A stretch of 64,000 bases of DNA from Candidatus Multivoradales bacterium (GTDB lineage: Bacteria; Acidobacteriota; Thermoanaerobaculia; Multivoradales; Multivoraceae): contig CBDCWI010000002.1 in NCBI GenBank assembly GCA_965223325.1, forward strand, positions 4,256,001-4,320,000. Direction: 5' to 3'. Made by a program: the position numbers and the translations under genes. The notes beneath the pieces are model-generated. The model did not search any database and was not told the DNA's origin. It worked only from the letters and a program-made list of their open reading frames with translations. Below are positions 28,785 to 39,377 of this stretch, piece after piece (position 1 is the first letter of the stretch; every line of letters begins with the position of its first letter).

Positions 28785-31024
28785 GCGTTCGGAGTAGAGA
28801 ACCCGTGGATCAACCTGCAGCACGCCTCAGGTCGCATCCGCTCGCCGGGCGTCGTGCTGGTGAGCGCCGCTACCGAGTTACTCGAGGGCTATTGACCGCT
28901 GCCTTCTTATCCGTGACCTGGCTTGCAGCATGCAGTGAGCCGGGCAAAGACGGAGCAACCCTTCAGGCTGGGGCGAGCGGCGCGAGTCGCACCACCGAGG
29001 CGAGCGAACGTCCGCAGATTCTCCTTGTCACGATCGACACACTGCGTGCCGACGCTCTCGGTGCCTACGGTAGCCAGAGTGGAGCGACTCCGCTTCTTGA
29101 CCGCCTTGCACAGAAAGGCGTCGTGTATGAGCGTGCCTACGCTCATAACGTCGTCACCTTGCCTTCGCACGCCTCGATTCTCAGCGGCCTCCTGCCGTAC
29201 GAGCACGGTGTCCGCGACAACTCGGGCTTTCGACTCTCGCCTCGAGTTGACACCCTCGCCAGCATTCTCTCGGCAAACGGCTACCGTACGGCAGCCTTCG
29301 TCAGTGCCTTCCCCCTCGCACGCCGCTTCGGCCTCGATCGTGGCTTTGCAGTGTACGAAGACTCGTTCGTCAACCGGCAATCGCGGCCCGCTTTGCTGGA
29401 ACAAGAGCGTTCCGGCAAAGAGACCGTCGCTCTGGCGCTCGACTGGTGGAACAGCGGCCAGAGGGGCGAGGAGCCGTCGTTCGCCTGGGTACATCTCTAC
29501 GAGCCTCACGCTCCGTATTCACCTCCTTCGCCATTCGATGAACGTTTCGCCGAAGCGCCCTACCTTGGCGATGTAAGAGCGGCCGACGCTGCTTTAGCTC
29601 CGCTCCTCGAGCCTCTTCTCACAGACAGCAGCCGCGACACGCTCGTCATCGTTACCTCTGATCACGGCGAGGCACTAGGCGAACATGGCGAAGCGACCCA
29701 TGGCATTTTCGCGTACGAGTCGACACTTCGCGTTCCGCTCCTTCTGCACCGGCCCGCTGCCCTCGAACCCGCGGTGGTTTCCCAACCGGTCCGCCTCATC
29801 GATCTCCTTCCCACGGTGGTCGACGCGGTTGGGCTCCAGGTTTTGCCCAACCTTTCTGGGAGAAGCCTCTTTTCGATTGGAAGCGGAGAGTCTCTCGGCC
29901 CGGCACCGCCGATCTACTTCGAGGCACTTTCGGGACAACTCCATCGCGGTTGGGCGCCCCTCTTTGGATTGATCGATGAGAGCTGGAAGTACATCGATCT
30001 TCCTCTACCAGAGCTCTACGACCTCGAAGGCGACCCGGCGGAAGAGAACAACCGCGCCGAGCAGGACGAAAGCCGCCGCGTTCGGATGGCCGGCCGTCTT
30101 GCGCGGCTCGTGGGGGACCGTCGCAACGCCACTCCCTTGGCAGAGGACCGAGAAACCAGGGAACAGCTCGAGCGGCTTGGCTACCTGACTGGCGGCGGCA
30201 GCTCGAAGAGCCACTACACGCCCGCCGACGACCCCAAGCGCCTCATTCACGTCGACGTAGCCCTGCGTGAGATCGCGACGCTCCACGCGGGAGGCGACCT
30301 TCATGCCGCTCTGCAAAAGAGCCGGGACCTACTGCGAGAGAACCCCAAGGCGAAGATGGCTTGGATGATGGCTGCACAGATTGAGCGAGATCTCGGAAAC
30401 CCCGAGAACGCTGCCGTTGCCATGCAACGGGCGGTCGAGCTCTTCCCGACCGACGACACGGCCGTCGCTCAGCTCGGCGCCTACCTCACCCAGGCCGGGG
30501 GCCCCGCCGAAGCACTTCGAGCAACAGACGGCCGGGCACAGATTGATCGGCCCGATCCCGAAGTTCTCTTTGTCCGAAGTATCGCCTTCGCTCGCCTTGG
30601 ACGTTTTGACGAGGCGTCAGAGAGCCTCGAGTTGGCTGCTGCCTTCGAACCAGCGAATCCAATGGTCGCAGTTCACGAAGGAACGATCGCTCTCATGAGT
30701 GGCGACCGCGCAACTGCGCGGGCGGCTTGGGAGCGTGCTCTCGCATTGGAGGCGAATTCTGTTCAAGCTCATACTGCTCTCGCAGTTCTCGAAACTGAAG
30801 AAGGCCGTTTCAACCAGGCGCTCTCGCATTGGCAGATCGCGGTCTCCCTCGATCCAAGGGAGTCGGCGAAGCTCCTTTCGTTCGCCCAGCGCCTCGATGC
30901 CAGCGGTCGAACAGACGCTGCGCGCTCACTGCTAGAACTCTACGTTGCGAAAGCCCCGGAGGAGACTCACGCTCACGAAATTGCGGCGGCTCGTGCATTC
31001 CTGAGCCGAACCCCAGAACCCTGA
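28781..31024 (+). CDS. Sulfatase-like hydrolase/transferase + TPR lipoprotein
   Basis: Lipobox LAAC; LVTIDTLRAD, VTLPSHASILSG, WVHLYEPH.PY, TSDHGE, LERLGY; C-terminal TPRs. Start uncertain. Confidence 0.88.
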   Translation: MSVRSREPVDQPAARLRSHPLAGRRAGERRYRVTRGLLTAAFLSVTWLAACSEPGKDGATLQAGASGASRTTEASERPQILLVTIDTLRADALGAYGSQSGATPLLDRLAQKGVVYERAYAHNVVTLPSHASILSGLLPYEHGVRDNSGFRLSPRVDTLASILSANGYRTAAFVSAFPLARRFGLDRGFAVYEDSFVNRQSRPALLEQERSGKETVALALDWWNSGQRGEEPSFAWVHLYEPHAPYSPPSPFDERFAEAPYLGDVRAADAALAPLLEPLLTDSSRDTLVIVTSDHGEALGEHGEATHGIFAYESTLRVPLLLHRPAALEPAVVSQPVRLIDLLPTVVDAVGLQVLPNLSGRSLFSIGSGESLGPAPPIYFEALSGQLHRGWAPLFGLIDESWKYIDLPLPELYDLEGDPAEENNRAEQDESRRVRMAGRLARLVGDRRNATPLAEDRETREQLERLGYLTGGGSSKSHYTPADDPKRLIHVDVALREIATLHAGGDLHAALQKSRDLLRENPKAKMAWMMAAQIERDLGNPENAAVAMQRAVELFPTDDTAVAQLGAYLTQAGGPAEALRATDGRAQIDRPDPEVLFVRSIAFARLGRFDEASESLELAAAFEPANPMVAVHEGTIALMSGDRATARAAWERALALEANSVQAHTALAVLETEEGRFNQALSHWQIAVSLDPRESAKLLSFAQRLDASGRTDAARSLLELYVAKAPEETHAHEIAAARAFLSRTPEP

Positions 31025-31048
31025 GGCCTCATCGCAGCGAGGTGTTCG

Positions 31049-31723
31049 CTAGGGCGCCCACCAGGTTTCTAAACGCGCGCCACCGCGCTGAACAATCTCA
31101 GAGACTGGCAAGGCAAGGTCTCCGCTGCGGGCCCCCTGGTAGACCGACCACTTCTTTTCGCCATGGAGCATCAGCACGATGCGCTGCGTATCGAGCAGAG
31201 CACTGAGAGTAAGGCTGAGGCGAGGCTCCAGGGCCAGGGGGCGTTTCACCACGCAGTCCACCTCGCTTGCGGAACCCGGAAGCGGTCCTATGTCGCCAGG
31301 AAAAAGAGATGCCACATGACCGTCCTCTCCCATCCCCAACACCACGACGTCGAAGGGACGCGGAAATGCCTGTAGATCAGCGGAGTAATCTGCCACCGCC
31401 TCTTCAGGTGAAGCCACGTCGCGTACAAGCCCGACGAAGCGAGGCGAGGAACCTCCGCCGAACAGGAGCTCGCGCACCTGGCGTTCGTTGCTGCGAGGAT
31501 CGTGGGGCGAGACCCAACGCTCGTCCGTAAGCGTGATCCAAACCCTTTCCCAGTCCAGGTCTTCTTGTGCCAACCGTGCAAGGAATGCGCGCGGCGTGCT
31601 GCCTCCTGGCAAGACCAGGCTGGGTTCGCGCCCGTCCATCTGCGCCTTTCGAAGTGCGCTTGCTAACTCCGAGGCGAGAGCTTCGGCTAAGGCTTCACGA
31701 GTATCGAAACAAGATGCGGTCAC
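31049..31723 (-). CDS. pgl: 6-phosphogluconolactonase
   Basis: LPGGSTP, TDERWV, SNE, LGMGEDGHVASLFP, RLSLT; downstream of zwf. Confidence 0.93.
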   Translation of the reverse strand: MTASCFDTREALAEALASELASALRKAQMDGREPSLVLPGGSTPRAFLARLAQEDLDWERVWITLTDERWVSPHDPRSNERQVRELLFGGGSSPRFVGLVRDVASPEEAVADYSADLQAFPRPFDVVVLGMGEDGHVASLFPGDIGPLPGSASEVDCVVKRPLALEPRLSLTLSALLDTQRIVLMLHGEKKWSVYQGARSGDLALPVSEIVQRGGARLETWWAP

Positions 31724-31741
31724 AAGCCTGGGCCTCGTGTC

Positions 31742-33214
31742 TTAGAGAACGTGCTCGTACCAGTGGCGCTCGTCGCGCACGATGAGAGCCACCGACTCTG
31801 AGGGCCCCCAAGACCCCGCACCATAGGTTCGAGGTTTCAGGTTCCGGTCGCGCCACCCGTCGAGAATCGGCTCCACAAACCGCCAAGCCGCCTCGACTTC
31901 TTCAGCGTGCATGAATAGCGTCGCGACGCCCTGGATTACGTCGAGCAATAGACGTTCGTAGGCAGCGAGGCTGTTCTCAGCGGGGCGATCGGCCAGGTTG
32001 AGATTCAGGAATTCCCGCCGTAGAACCATTCCCGACCCTGGCGCCTTGGTCATCAACATCATCTTGATGAACTCATCCGGCTGGAGCCGGATCACGAGGC
32101 GATTGGGCTGGAGAATGTCGCCGAGCTCACGGAACATGACGTGAGGCACTTCCCGAAACTGAATCACCACCTCTGACACTGGGTGCCCCATTCGTTTCCC
32201 GGTGCGCAGGTAGAACGGCACTCCGGCCCAGCGCCAGTTGTCGATCTCGACTTTGAGCGCGACGAATGTCTCGGTCGTCGAGTCGACTGCGACGTTCGCC
32301 TCCTCGAGGTATCCGACCACTGGAGTCGAGGCAATCGCCCCCTCTCGATACTGTCCGCGCACCGTCTTCTCCACCACGTCTCCGGGAGAAAAGGGTCTAA
32401 GCGACTGGAGGACCTTGAGCTTCTCCTGCCGAATGGCCTCCGGCTCGAGACGGGCCGGCGGTTCCATTGCTGTCAGGCAGAGAAGTTGCAGGAGGTGGTT
32501 CTGCACCATGTCCCGCAGTGCTCCGGTTCCGTCGTAGTAGGGGCCGCGCCCTTCGATGCCGAGACTTTCGGCCACCGTGATCTGGACATGGTCGATGTGT
32601 TGCGACCTCCACAATGGCTCGAAAAGAGCGTTGCCGAAACGCAACGCCATGAGGTTCTGGACAGTCTCCTTCCCGAGATAGTGGTCGATTCGAAAGATCT
32701 GCGATTCGTCGAAGACCGCACCGACAGCGCGGTTGATTGCGTGCGCTGATTCGAGGTCGTGGCCGATTGGTTTCTCGAGCACGATGCGCGTCGACCCGGT
32801 TACCAATCCGGCATCCGCGATCGCACGGCTTATGTCGCCATATAGATGCGGCGACGTTGCGAGGTAGAAGACCCGGACCCGGTCCTCGTGACCGGCAAAC
32901 TGCTCGGCCAAGGGCTTGTAACTCGCAGGTTCGGTGGCGGACATCTCAAAGTAGTGAATTCGCTCAACGAAGCGAGCACGGGCCTCCTCGCAGCGTTTGC
33001 TCTTGTCGACGGATTCCCAGGCTCGGCCTACCGTCTGCTCGAGGTAGTCCTCGCGGCTCCCCGGTTGGCGCGCGATTGCGAAAATGCGACCCGAATCGCT
33101 GATTCTTCGATCGCGGTCAAGAACGTAGAGAGCGGGAAGCAGCTTACGAGTCGCCAGATCACCCGTCCCTCCAATCACCACGATGTCAAACGGCAGTCCA
33201 GTGCGCTCCGTCAT
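31742..33214 (-). CDS. zwf: Glucose-6-phosphate 1-dehydrogenase
   Basis: [58 protein letters not shown]. Confidence 0.97.
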   Translation of the reverse strand: MTERTGLPFDIVVIGGTGDLATRKLLPALYVLDRDRRISDSGRIFAIARQPGSREDYLEQTVGRAWESVDKSKRCEEARARFVERIHYFEMSATEPASYKPLAEQFAGHEDRVRVFYLATSPHLYGDISRAIADAGLVTGSTRIVLEKPIGHDLESAHAINRAVGAVFDESQIFRIDHYLGKETVQNLMALRFGNALFEPLWRSQHIDHVQITVAESLGIEGRGPYYDGTGALRDMVQNHLLQLLCLTAMEPPARLEPEAIRQEKLKVLQSLRPFSPGDVVEKTVRGQYREGAIASTPVVGYLEEANVAVDSTTETFVALKVEIDNWRWAGVPFYLRTGKRMGHPVSEVVIQFREVPHVMFRELGDILQPNRLVIRLQPDEFIKMMLMTKAPGSGMVLRREFLNLNLADRPAENSLAAYERLLLDVIQGVATLFMHAEEVEAAWRFVEPILDGWRDRNLKPRTYGAGSWGPSESVALIVRDERHWYEHVL

Positions 33215-33831
33215 GGCTGACTCACCTCGAGGGCTCGATCTGTGATCTCACTGAAGCGTTCGGCCTCGATGAGATTGGGCGGTGTCAACCAACCGCCACC
33301 GGCGCAGAGAACGTTCGGGAGCTCGAGGTAGTCCGCCAGGTTGTGAGGGCCGATCCCTCCGGTGGGACAGAAGGAGAGGTCGGGCAACGGGCCGGCTATA
33401 GATCGCAGGAGCCTGGGTCCACCGACCGCCTCGGCAGGGAAAAGCTTCTGTACGTCGAAGCCCGCCTCGCGTGCGACGAGGGCTTCCGAGGCTGTCGAAA
33501 CTCCGGGAAGAAATGGACATTGCGAGTCGCGCGCCGCCGCGAGAAGCTCGGGGGTGCAGCCAGGGCTCACGGCAAAGGCCGCATTCACTCGATTCGCGGC
33601 CTCGAGGTCGGATGGCGTCGTGACTGTGCCGACCCCTACGACGAGTTCTGGAAGTTCCGCTCGGACGCGCTCGACGCACTCCAGGGCAGCGGGTGTGCGC
33701 ATGGTGATCTCCACCACACCGAGACCGCCGCGCAAAAGGGCCCTCGCGACCTCGACGCCCCGACGCGGATCGTCGAGGGTGACTACGGGAAGCACCCTGA
33801 CCCCCTCGAAGAGCTGCTTCATTCCCGGCAT
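33211..33831 (-). CDS. eda: KDPG/KHG aldolase
   Basis: VEITMRT, VGVGTV, FAVSPG, KLFPA, FCPTGGI; ATGA overlap with zwf. Start is 33831 or 33822. Confidence 0.95.
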   Translation of the reverse strand: MPGMKQLFEGVRVLPVVTLDDPRRGVEVARALLRGGLGVVEITMRTPAALECVERVRAELPELVVGVGTVTTPSDLEAANRVNAAFAVSPGCTPELLAAARDSQCPFLPGVSTASEALVAREAGFDVQKLFPAEAVGGPRLLRSIAGPLPDLSFCPTGGIGPHNLADYLELPNVLCAGGGWLTPPNLIEAERFSEITDRALEVSQP

Positions 33832-33851
33832 ACTCACCGTAAGTGCCCAAC

Positions 33852-33863
33852 TAAAACGTTTCA
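33852..33863. promoter_or_regulatory. LacI-family operator in the eda/edd divergent promoter
   Basis: TAAAACGTTTCA (reverse complement TGAAACGTTTTA), near-palindrome with central CG. Confidence 0.7.
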
Positions 33864-33891
33864 CTTCACGTTCGGGGATACACTAGCAGGA

Positions 33892-35766
33892 ATGACTCAA
33901 CTTCACGCAACGATTCAGAAAGTCACCGAGCGGGTACGTGCGCGAAGTGCCAACAGCCGACGTGCGTACCTCCGCCGCATCGAAGCGGCCCGCCGTCGAG
34001 AACGGCGGCGAGGCGCTCTCGGCTGCTCAAACCTCGCCCATGGTTTCGCGGCTTGTTCACTCGCTGACAAGGAAGCCCTCGAAGGCGAGGAAGCTCCGAA
34101 CGTTGGGATCGTCACGGCCTACAACGACATGCTCTCGGCGCATCAGCCCTTCGAGGCCTATCCCGAAGAGATTCGCACAGCGGTTCGCGAGGTCGGCGGC
34201 GTCGCACAGGTCGCCGGTGGGGTACCAGCGATGTGTGACGGTGTCACCCAGGGGCGTGAGGGGATGGAACTCTCCCTCTTCAGCCGCGACGTCATCGCGA
34301 TGTCGACGGCTGTCGCGCTCTCTCACGACATGTTCGACGCCGCGCTGTGCTTTGGTGTCTGCGACAAAATCGTCCCCGGTCTCCTCATTGGCACGCTGTC
34401 CTTCGGCCATCTGCCAGTGATCTTTATTCCAGCGGGTCCCATGCCCTCTGGGCTTTCCAACCGCGAGAAGGCCAGGGTCCGCCAGCAGTTCGCCGAAGGC
34501 AAGATAGGACGCGACGAGCTGCTCGCTGCCGAGTCCGCGTCGTATCACTCCCCGGGTACGTGTACCTTCTTCGGAACCGCGAACAGCAACCAGATGTTCA
34601 TGGAGATCATGGGCCTGCAGCTTCCAGGAACTTCCTTCGTGAATCCCGGCACGCCGCTTCGCACTGCACTCACCCGCGCTGCTGCACAACGCGCCGTGGC
34701 GCTCGCGCGTACCGAAGGCGCGCCATCGATCGGCGAGATCGTCGACGAACGGGCCATCGTGAACGCCGTGGTCGGCCTGCTAGCCACTGGCGGTTCGACG
34801 AACCACACGATCCACCTGGTGGCCGTAGCGCGAGCCGCCGGAATCAAACTCGATTGGGCCGACTTCGACGATCTATCTCAATGCGTACCCCTTCTGACGC
34901 GGATCTACCCCAACGGTTCGGCGGACGTGAATCACTTCCATGCCGCTGGTGGTCTCGCGTGGGTGATTTCCGAACTCGCCGACGCTGGTCTCCTCCACGA
35001 CGACGTAACAACAATCGCCGACGGCGAAGGACTCGCCCCCTACAGACAGCAAGCCTTCTGGAACGACGAGCTGGCCTGGAAGCCGGTCATTGCTAGCGAA
35101 GACGAAGAGCTCGTCCGTTGTGTCGCCGCTCCCTTCCAATCGACTGGCGGCCTGCGGGTTCTCAGCGGCCGCCTCGGCCGCGCCATCGCCAAGACATCGG
35201 CGGTTGCTCCGGAGCGCCGTCGGATCGAAGCGCCGGCCCTCGTCTTCAACTCACAAGAAGCGCTCCGCTTCGCTTTCGAGAGCGGAGCTCTTCGTCGCGA
35301 CTTCATCGCCGTGGTTCGTTTCCAGGGTCCCAGAGCCAACGGAATGCCCGAGCTCCACGCCCTCTTGCCGCTCCTCGGAGTTCTGCAAGACCAGGGTCAT
35401 CGGGTTGCCCTGGTGACCGACGGCCGCCTTTCAGGAGCTTCCGGAAAGGTCCCTTCCGCGATCCACGTCACACCCGAAGCTGTCGGAGGGGGACCCCTTG
35501 CTCGAGTGCACGATGGAGACTCGATGGTGCTCGACCTCGAGGAGGGGAGGCTCGACGTCGAGGTCGACGAAACGATCTGGAACGGTCGTGAGCCGGTGGT
35601 ACCGGATCTTGGCTCCTTCGAACACGGGATGGGGCGTGAATTGTTTGCCGCTTTCCGGAGTGGCGTCACGCCGGCTGATCAAGGGGCAACCACCTTCGAG
35701 AAGAGCTGCTCCTCTATGCGGAACGACAGAGCCCACGGGATCGCCACCGACCGCTCTGGCGCCTGA
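33892..35766 (+). CDS. edd: Phosphogluconate dehydratase
   Basis: [72 protein letters not shown]. Confidence 0.97.
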   Translation: MTQLHATIQKVTERVRARSANSRRAYLRRIEAARRRERRRGALGCSNLAHGFAACSLADKEALEGEEAPNVGIVTAYNDMLSAHQPFEAYPEEIRTAVREVGGVAQVAGGVPAMCDGVTQGREGMELSLFSRDVIAMSTAVALSHDMFDAALCFGVCDKIVPGLLIGTLSFGHLPVIFIPAGPMPSGLSNREKARVRQQFAEGKIGRDELLAAESASYHSPGTCTFFGTANSNQMFMEIMGLQLPGTSFVNPGTPLRTALTRAAAQRAVALARTEGAPSIGEIVDERAIVNAVVGLLATGGSTNHTIHLVAVARAAGIKLDWADFDDLSQCVPLLTRIYPNGSADVNHFHAAGGLAWVISELADAGLLHDDVTTIADGEGLAPYRQQAFWNDELAWKPVIASEDEELVRCVAAPFQSTGGLRVLSGRLGRAIAKTSAVAPERRRIEAPALVFNSQEALRFAFESGALRRDFIAVVRFQGPRANGMPELHALLPLLGVLQDQGHRVALVTDGRLSGASGKVPSAIHVTPEAVGGGPLARVHDGDSMVLDLEEGRLDVEVDETIWNGREPVVPDLGSFEHGMGRELFAAFRSGVTPADQGATTFEKSCSSMRNDRAHGIATDRSGA

Positions 35767-35823
35767 AGAAGTCAGGTAGTGGCGCCTTCCGGCAAGCGTC
35801 TTGCGGTACGCTCCCCGCTTCTC

Positions 35824-37611
35824 ATGCACAACGACGACCTACCTTCGAACCATGATCGCAGCGAACGGTTTTCGCTTGCGCAACCGCTTTTCCCAGCAGC
35901 GCTCTGCCTTTTTGTTTTCACGGCCCTTGTTGCTGGCTCAACCTGGGCTCAGCAGGCTACAAGACCCGACCTCGAGTTCACCGAGTCCATCGACGTGGAG
36001 CTCATCAATGTCGATGTTTGGGTAACCGATCGATCGGGGGGACTTGCGACCGGCCTCACTGCCGAGGACTTCGAGCTCCTCGAGGATGGAGAGCCGGTCG
36101 AGATTGAGTTCTTCTCGGAGGTTCAAGGAAGTGCGCCGGTGGTCTCGAGCATCGAGCGACGGCTCGCTGGCGAGACCCCACCGTCGCCAAAGCCGGATGC
36201 TTTAGCCACAGCACTCAATCACCTCATCGTCTACTTCGACGAGATGCATTTGCAGCCTTCGAGCCGTCACCGCGCCCTCGACAACATTGCGCAGTTCCTC
36301 TCGACTGAGGAAGTTCCTCCAGAGCGGGTTCTCATTCTCGCTCAGGATCGCCAACTGCGAACCGTCGCCACCTTCGGTTCCAGTTGGTTGGTCCTCGAGG
36401 AGGAGCTCGAGAAGCTTGGCAAGGAGCTCCCAGAGGGCGGCCTGATGGGAAGCGAGAAGCGCCTCGCGTTGCGCGAGCTCCAAGAGCTCTGGACCTGGGC
36501 GAGCTCGGTGGCCCAGGGCGACAGTCCAGATGCTGCCTGCGAGGTCTATCGTCCGCGGGCAGTCCCTGTCGTTGAGAACTACGCGGAAAACAGTCGCGAA
36601 CGGATTGGACAGACCCTGGAGCACCTCGCAAGCACCGCAGCCTTTCTAAACGGCGTCCCCGGAGTGAAAACGCTCCTTTTTGTGTCAGACGCGCTGGAGC
36701 GTGCGCCAGGGACAGACCTTATGCGTTTCATCGACGACCTCTGTCCAATTCACCAGCAGACCTCGATGTTCCTTCTCTCCGACGAGCTTGGCCAGGCTTT
36801 CCGTCGGCTCACGCGACACGCCAACGCCAATCGCGTCGTGATCTACACGCTTCAGGGGACGGGTTTGATGACCGGCTTTACGCAGGGGGCCCAGCAACGC
36901 GGTGGAGTTGGCTTCCGGAGTTCGACGTCCTTCGACACGGCCAAGCGCACAAGCGAACGCGAGGGAATGTCGACACTTGCCGTTGAGACGGGGGGGCGAG
37001 CGATTTTCGATCGCAACAACTTTGCGGAAGAACTCAGAGCGGTCGCACGCGAAATGTCGAACTACTACTCTCTGGCCTACGTTCCACTCCATGATGGCGA
37101 TGGCGGCGATCACGGCATCGAAGTCCGCATCAAGAGAGACGGTATGAAGGTCCGGCATCGCAAGGGCTACCGTGACAAAAGCGCCGACGAGCAGATGACG
37201 GAGCGCCTTCAAGGCGCGGTCTATCTGGGACTGGTCGACAATCCGCTCGGGGTTCGGTTGGGCGCCGGCGACGTGGCCGCGGCGGAGAAGAAGAGGCTAC
37301 GCGTTCCTCTTCACATCGTGGTGCCCTCTGAGAAGGTCACCTTCCTTCCAACCGATGAAGGTGTGATAGCGCAGATCAGCGTCCAGGTTTCGACCCGGAA
37401 CACTCGAGACCAACGGGGGATCTTCGATCACCGAGCGTATCGAGTGCACTGGAAGACGCCGGAGGATCAAGAATCTGTAGTGGTCTCGATCGATCTCGAG
37501 ATGCCGTCGGGCCTGCACATTGTTGCGGTCGCCGTGCGCGATGACGCGACTCGCACGACCTCATACGTTTCGACGAGCATTCAGCTCGAGCCACAGCGGT
37601 CTGGGCCCTAA
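35824..37611 (+). CDS. VWFA-related Acidobacterial domain protein
   Basis: FTESIDVELINVDVWVTDRSG..GLTAEDFELLEDG, KTLLFVSD, LAVETGGRA, YYSLAY, RHRKGY; signal peptide. Start 35779-35824. Confidence 0.85.
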   Translation: MHNDDLPSNHDRSERFSLAQPLFPAALCLFVFTALVAGSTWAQQATRPDLEFTESIDVELINVDVWVTDRSGGLATGLTAEDFELLEDGEPVEIEFFSEVQGSAPVVSSIERRLAGETPPSPKPDALATALNHLIVYFDEMHLQPSSRHRALDNIAQFLSTEEVPPERVLILAQDRQLRTVATFGSSWLVLEEELEKLGKELPEGGLMGSEKRLALRELQELWTWASSVAQGDSPDAACEVYRPRAVPVVENYAENSRERIGQTLEHLASTAAFLNGVPGVKTLLFVSDALERAPGTDLMRFIDDLCPIHQQTSMFLLSDELGQAFRRLTRHANANRVVIYTLQGTGLMTGFTQGAQQRGGVGFRSSTSFDTAKRTSEREGMSTLAVETGGRAIFDRNNFAEELRAVAREMSNYYSLAYVPLHDGDGGDHGIEVRIKRDGMKVRHRKGYRDKSADEQMTERLQGAVYLGLVDNPLGVRLGAGDVAAAEKKRLRVPLHIVVPSEKVTFLPTDEGVIAQISVQVSTRNTRDQRGIFDHRAYRVHWKTPEDQESVVVSIDLEMPSGLHIVAVAVRDDATRTTSYVSTSIQLEPQRSGP

Positions 37612-39377
37612 GGAGGCGAGGTGTCAGGGCGGTCGACCATCAGGGGCCGGCCGACGACCGATCGCGTGTCGCCGATCTCATCGCGCACCGCGACGACCAA
37701 CCTGTGCGGTCCCGGTCGCATCGTGGCGTCGATGACGCGGTCGATCTCGTCGTTACGGGCGAACTCGATCGCCGACGCAGGAATACGCAGATCGAAGGGA
37801 AGCTCCTGCATGGGGGCATCCCTTCCCTTCTCGTCGGTGGCGCCAAAATAGATCATCAGGCGCCCTTGATAGATGTCTCCCCTGGGAAGCAAAACGAGTT
37901 GATCCATAGGAACCCGCACGCGCACCGGAACGATAACTCCCTGGTCGTCGCCCCCGTTTCGTTGTTCTCCTACCTCGAGGGTCACACCCAAAGGGTTCGT
38001 CTGGTAGCCGTGCACCGCGTAGGCCCGAACAGCGTCGTGGATCCGCGTCTCGATCGATTTGTCTCGGTATCCATCCCGGTGACGCACTTTGAGGCCTCGG
38101 CGCGACTCCTTGAGGCGCACTTCGATGCGGTGGTAGCGACCACGGTCGGTTGTGGGAGCTCGGTAGCCGAGTGAGTAGTAGTTTTGAAAGTCACGTGCCA
38201 TGCGCTCGAGGCCGGCGGTCACGTCATTCGTATTCAAGATGGCTCGACCGCCAGTACGGTTCGCCATCAGGCGCAGGGACCCCTGCAGGTTCTTGGCGCG
38301 TACACCATCGACCGCCATGCTCACCGGAATGTGTGAGTTGATCGTCTCGTTTTCGGCACTCATGCCCGAACGCGTCCGCAGACCGCCGGCATCGATGGTG
38401 TAGAAGCTGATTCGGTTGGAGTTCGCCTGTGCAATCACCTGGAGATACCGCGGTGACAGGTCACGCGAGAAGGCCTCTCCAAGCGAAGAAATGTCCGCGA
38501 ATTCTTGCTGAATCGCTTGGTAGAGATCCTGCCCGGGGACCATTGGAATTCCGTCGCTGAGATGCAAGAGCATCTTGCGACCCGGAAGACCCGCCAGGGA
38601 GTCGACCATTTCCCGCAGGCCGTCTAGGGCACGTTGCATCTCGTGGTACTGATGGTCGGCAAACTGCTTGGCGCGAAACTGGGCGTTGTGTAGGGATTGA
38701 GTCTCGAAGATCTCTTTCAGCGCGTCGCGACGCTCAGACTCACGTTCCATCACACTGCCCGAGACCCCTTCTAGATCAAGCAGAGCTCGATTCACGGTCT
38801 CGGCACTCGACGTAAATGGTTGGCGAACGTGGAGCGATCGATCGTAGGACGCCACCATCACCTGGTCGTCAACGGTCACGGTTTCCCGCAAGAAGCCACG
38901 AAGTCGACTGAACACGCGGTTGCGATGAAGCGGATGAATGTTCCAGTTGTCGACGAAAACAATCAGATATAGACGCTGTGAACTGTCTGTGACCGGTTCC
39001 TCGCTGAGCTCGGCGACTGCCTGGGAGGCTTCCCTCTGTAGAGAGGTGTCTGCCTCAGGAGCGATGAAGTCTTGTTCGCTCTTATCGGCAGACGAGGCGC
39101 CTTCGGCGCGATAGAAGTTGACGATCTCAACCGGCTTTCCATCCTCGAAGACGACGAAATCATCTCGGGTGAGGCCTAGGACAGGTTCGTCACTTCGGTT
39201 GGTGACATAGACCTCGACGTTGACGATGTCGACAGCGACATGGTCCGTAAACGGCGGAGCGTCTGAAGACAATCGCCCTGGAGTTTCCTGCCCGGGAATC
39301 ACCGTCGCCGACAGGAAAACCGCCAGGCCCAAGAGCCCAGTTCGGGCAGGGGTCCTATGGGCGACGCCTGACCTCAT
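37608..39377 (-). CDS. VWFA-related Acidobacterial domain protein
   Basis: VDIVNVEVYVTN..GLTRDDFVVFEDG, GLPGRKMLLHLSDG, MANRTGGRA, YYSLGY, RHRDGY; ATGA overlap with the CRTAC1 gene. Confidence 0.87.
   Translation of the reverse strand: MRSGVAHRTPARTGLLGLAVFLSATVIPGQETPGRLSSDAPPFTDHVAVDIVNVEVYVTNRSDEPVLGLTRDDFVVFEDGKPVEIVNFYRAEGASSADKSEQDFIAPEADTSLQREASQAVAELSEEPVTDSSQRLYLIVFVDNWNIHPLHRNRVFSRLRGFLRETVTVDDQVMVASYDRSLHVRQPFTSSAETVNRALLDLEGVSGSVMERESERRDALKEIFETQSLHNAQFRAKQFADHQYHEMQRALDGLREMVDSLAGLPGRKMLLHLSDGIPMVPGQDLYQAIQQEFADISSLGEAFSRDLSPRYLQVIAQANSNRISFYTIDAGGLRTRSGMSAENETINSHIPVSMAVDGVRAKNLQGSLRLMANRTGGRAILNTNDVTAGLERMARDFQNYYSLGYRAPTTDRGRYHRIEVRLKESRRGLKVRHRDGYRDKSIETRIHDAVRAYAVHGYQTNPLGVTLEVGEQRNGGDDQGVIVPVRVRVPMDQLVLLPRGDIYQGRLMIYFGATDEKGRDAPMQELPFDLRIPASAIEFARNDEIDRVIDATMRPGPHRLVVAVRDEIGDTRSVVGRPLMVDRPDTSPP

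Noticed and set aside
33343-33891. N-terminal extension of edd (807 aa in the track)
   Set aside because: Antisense to eda; Edd similarity starts at MTQLH (33892).
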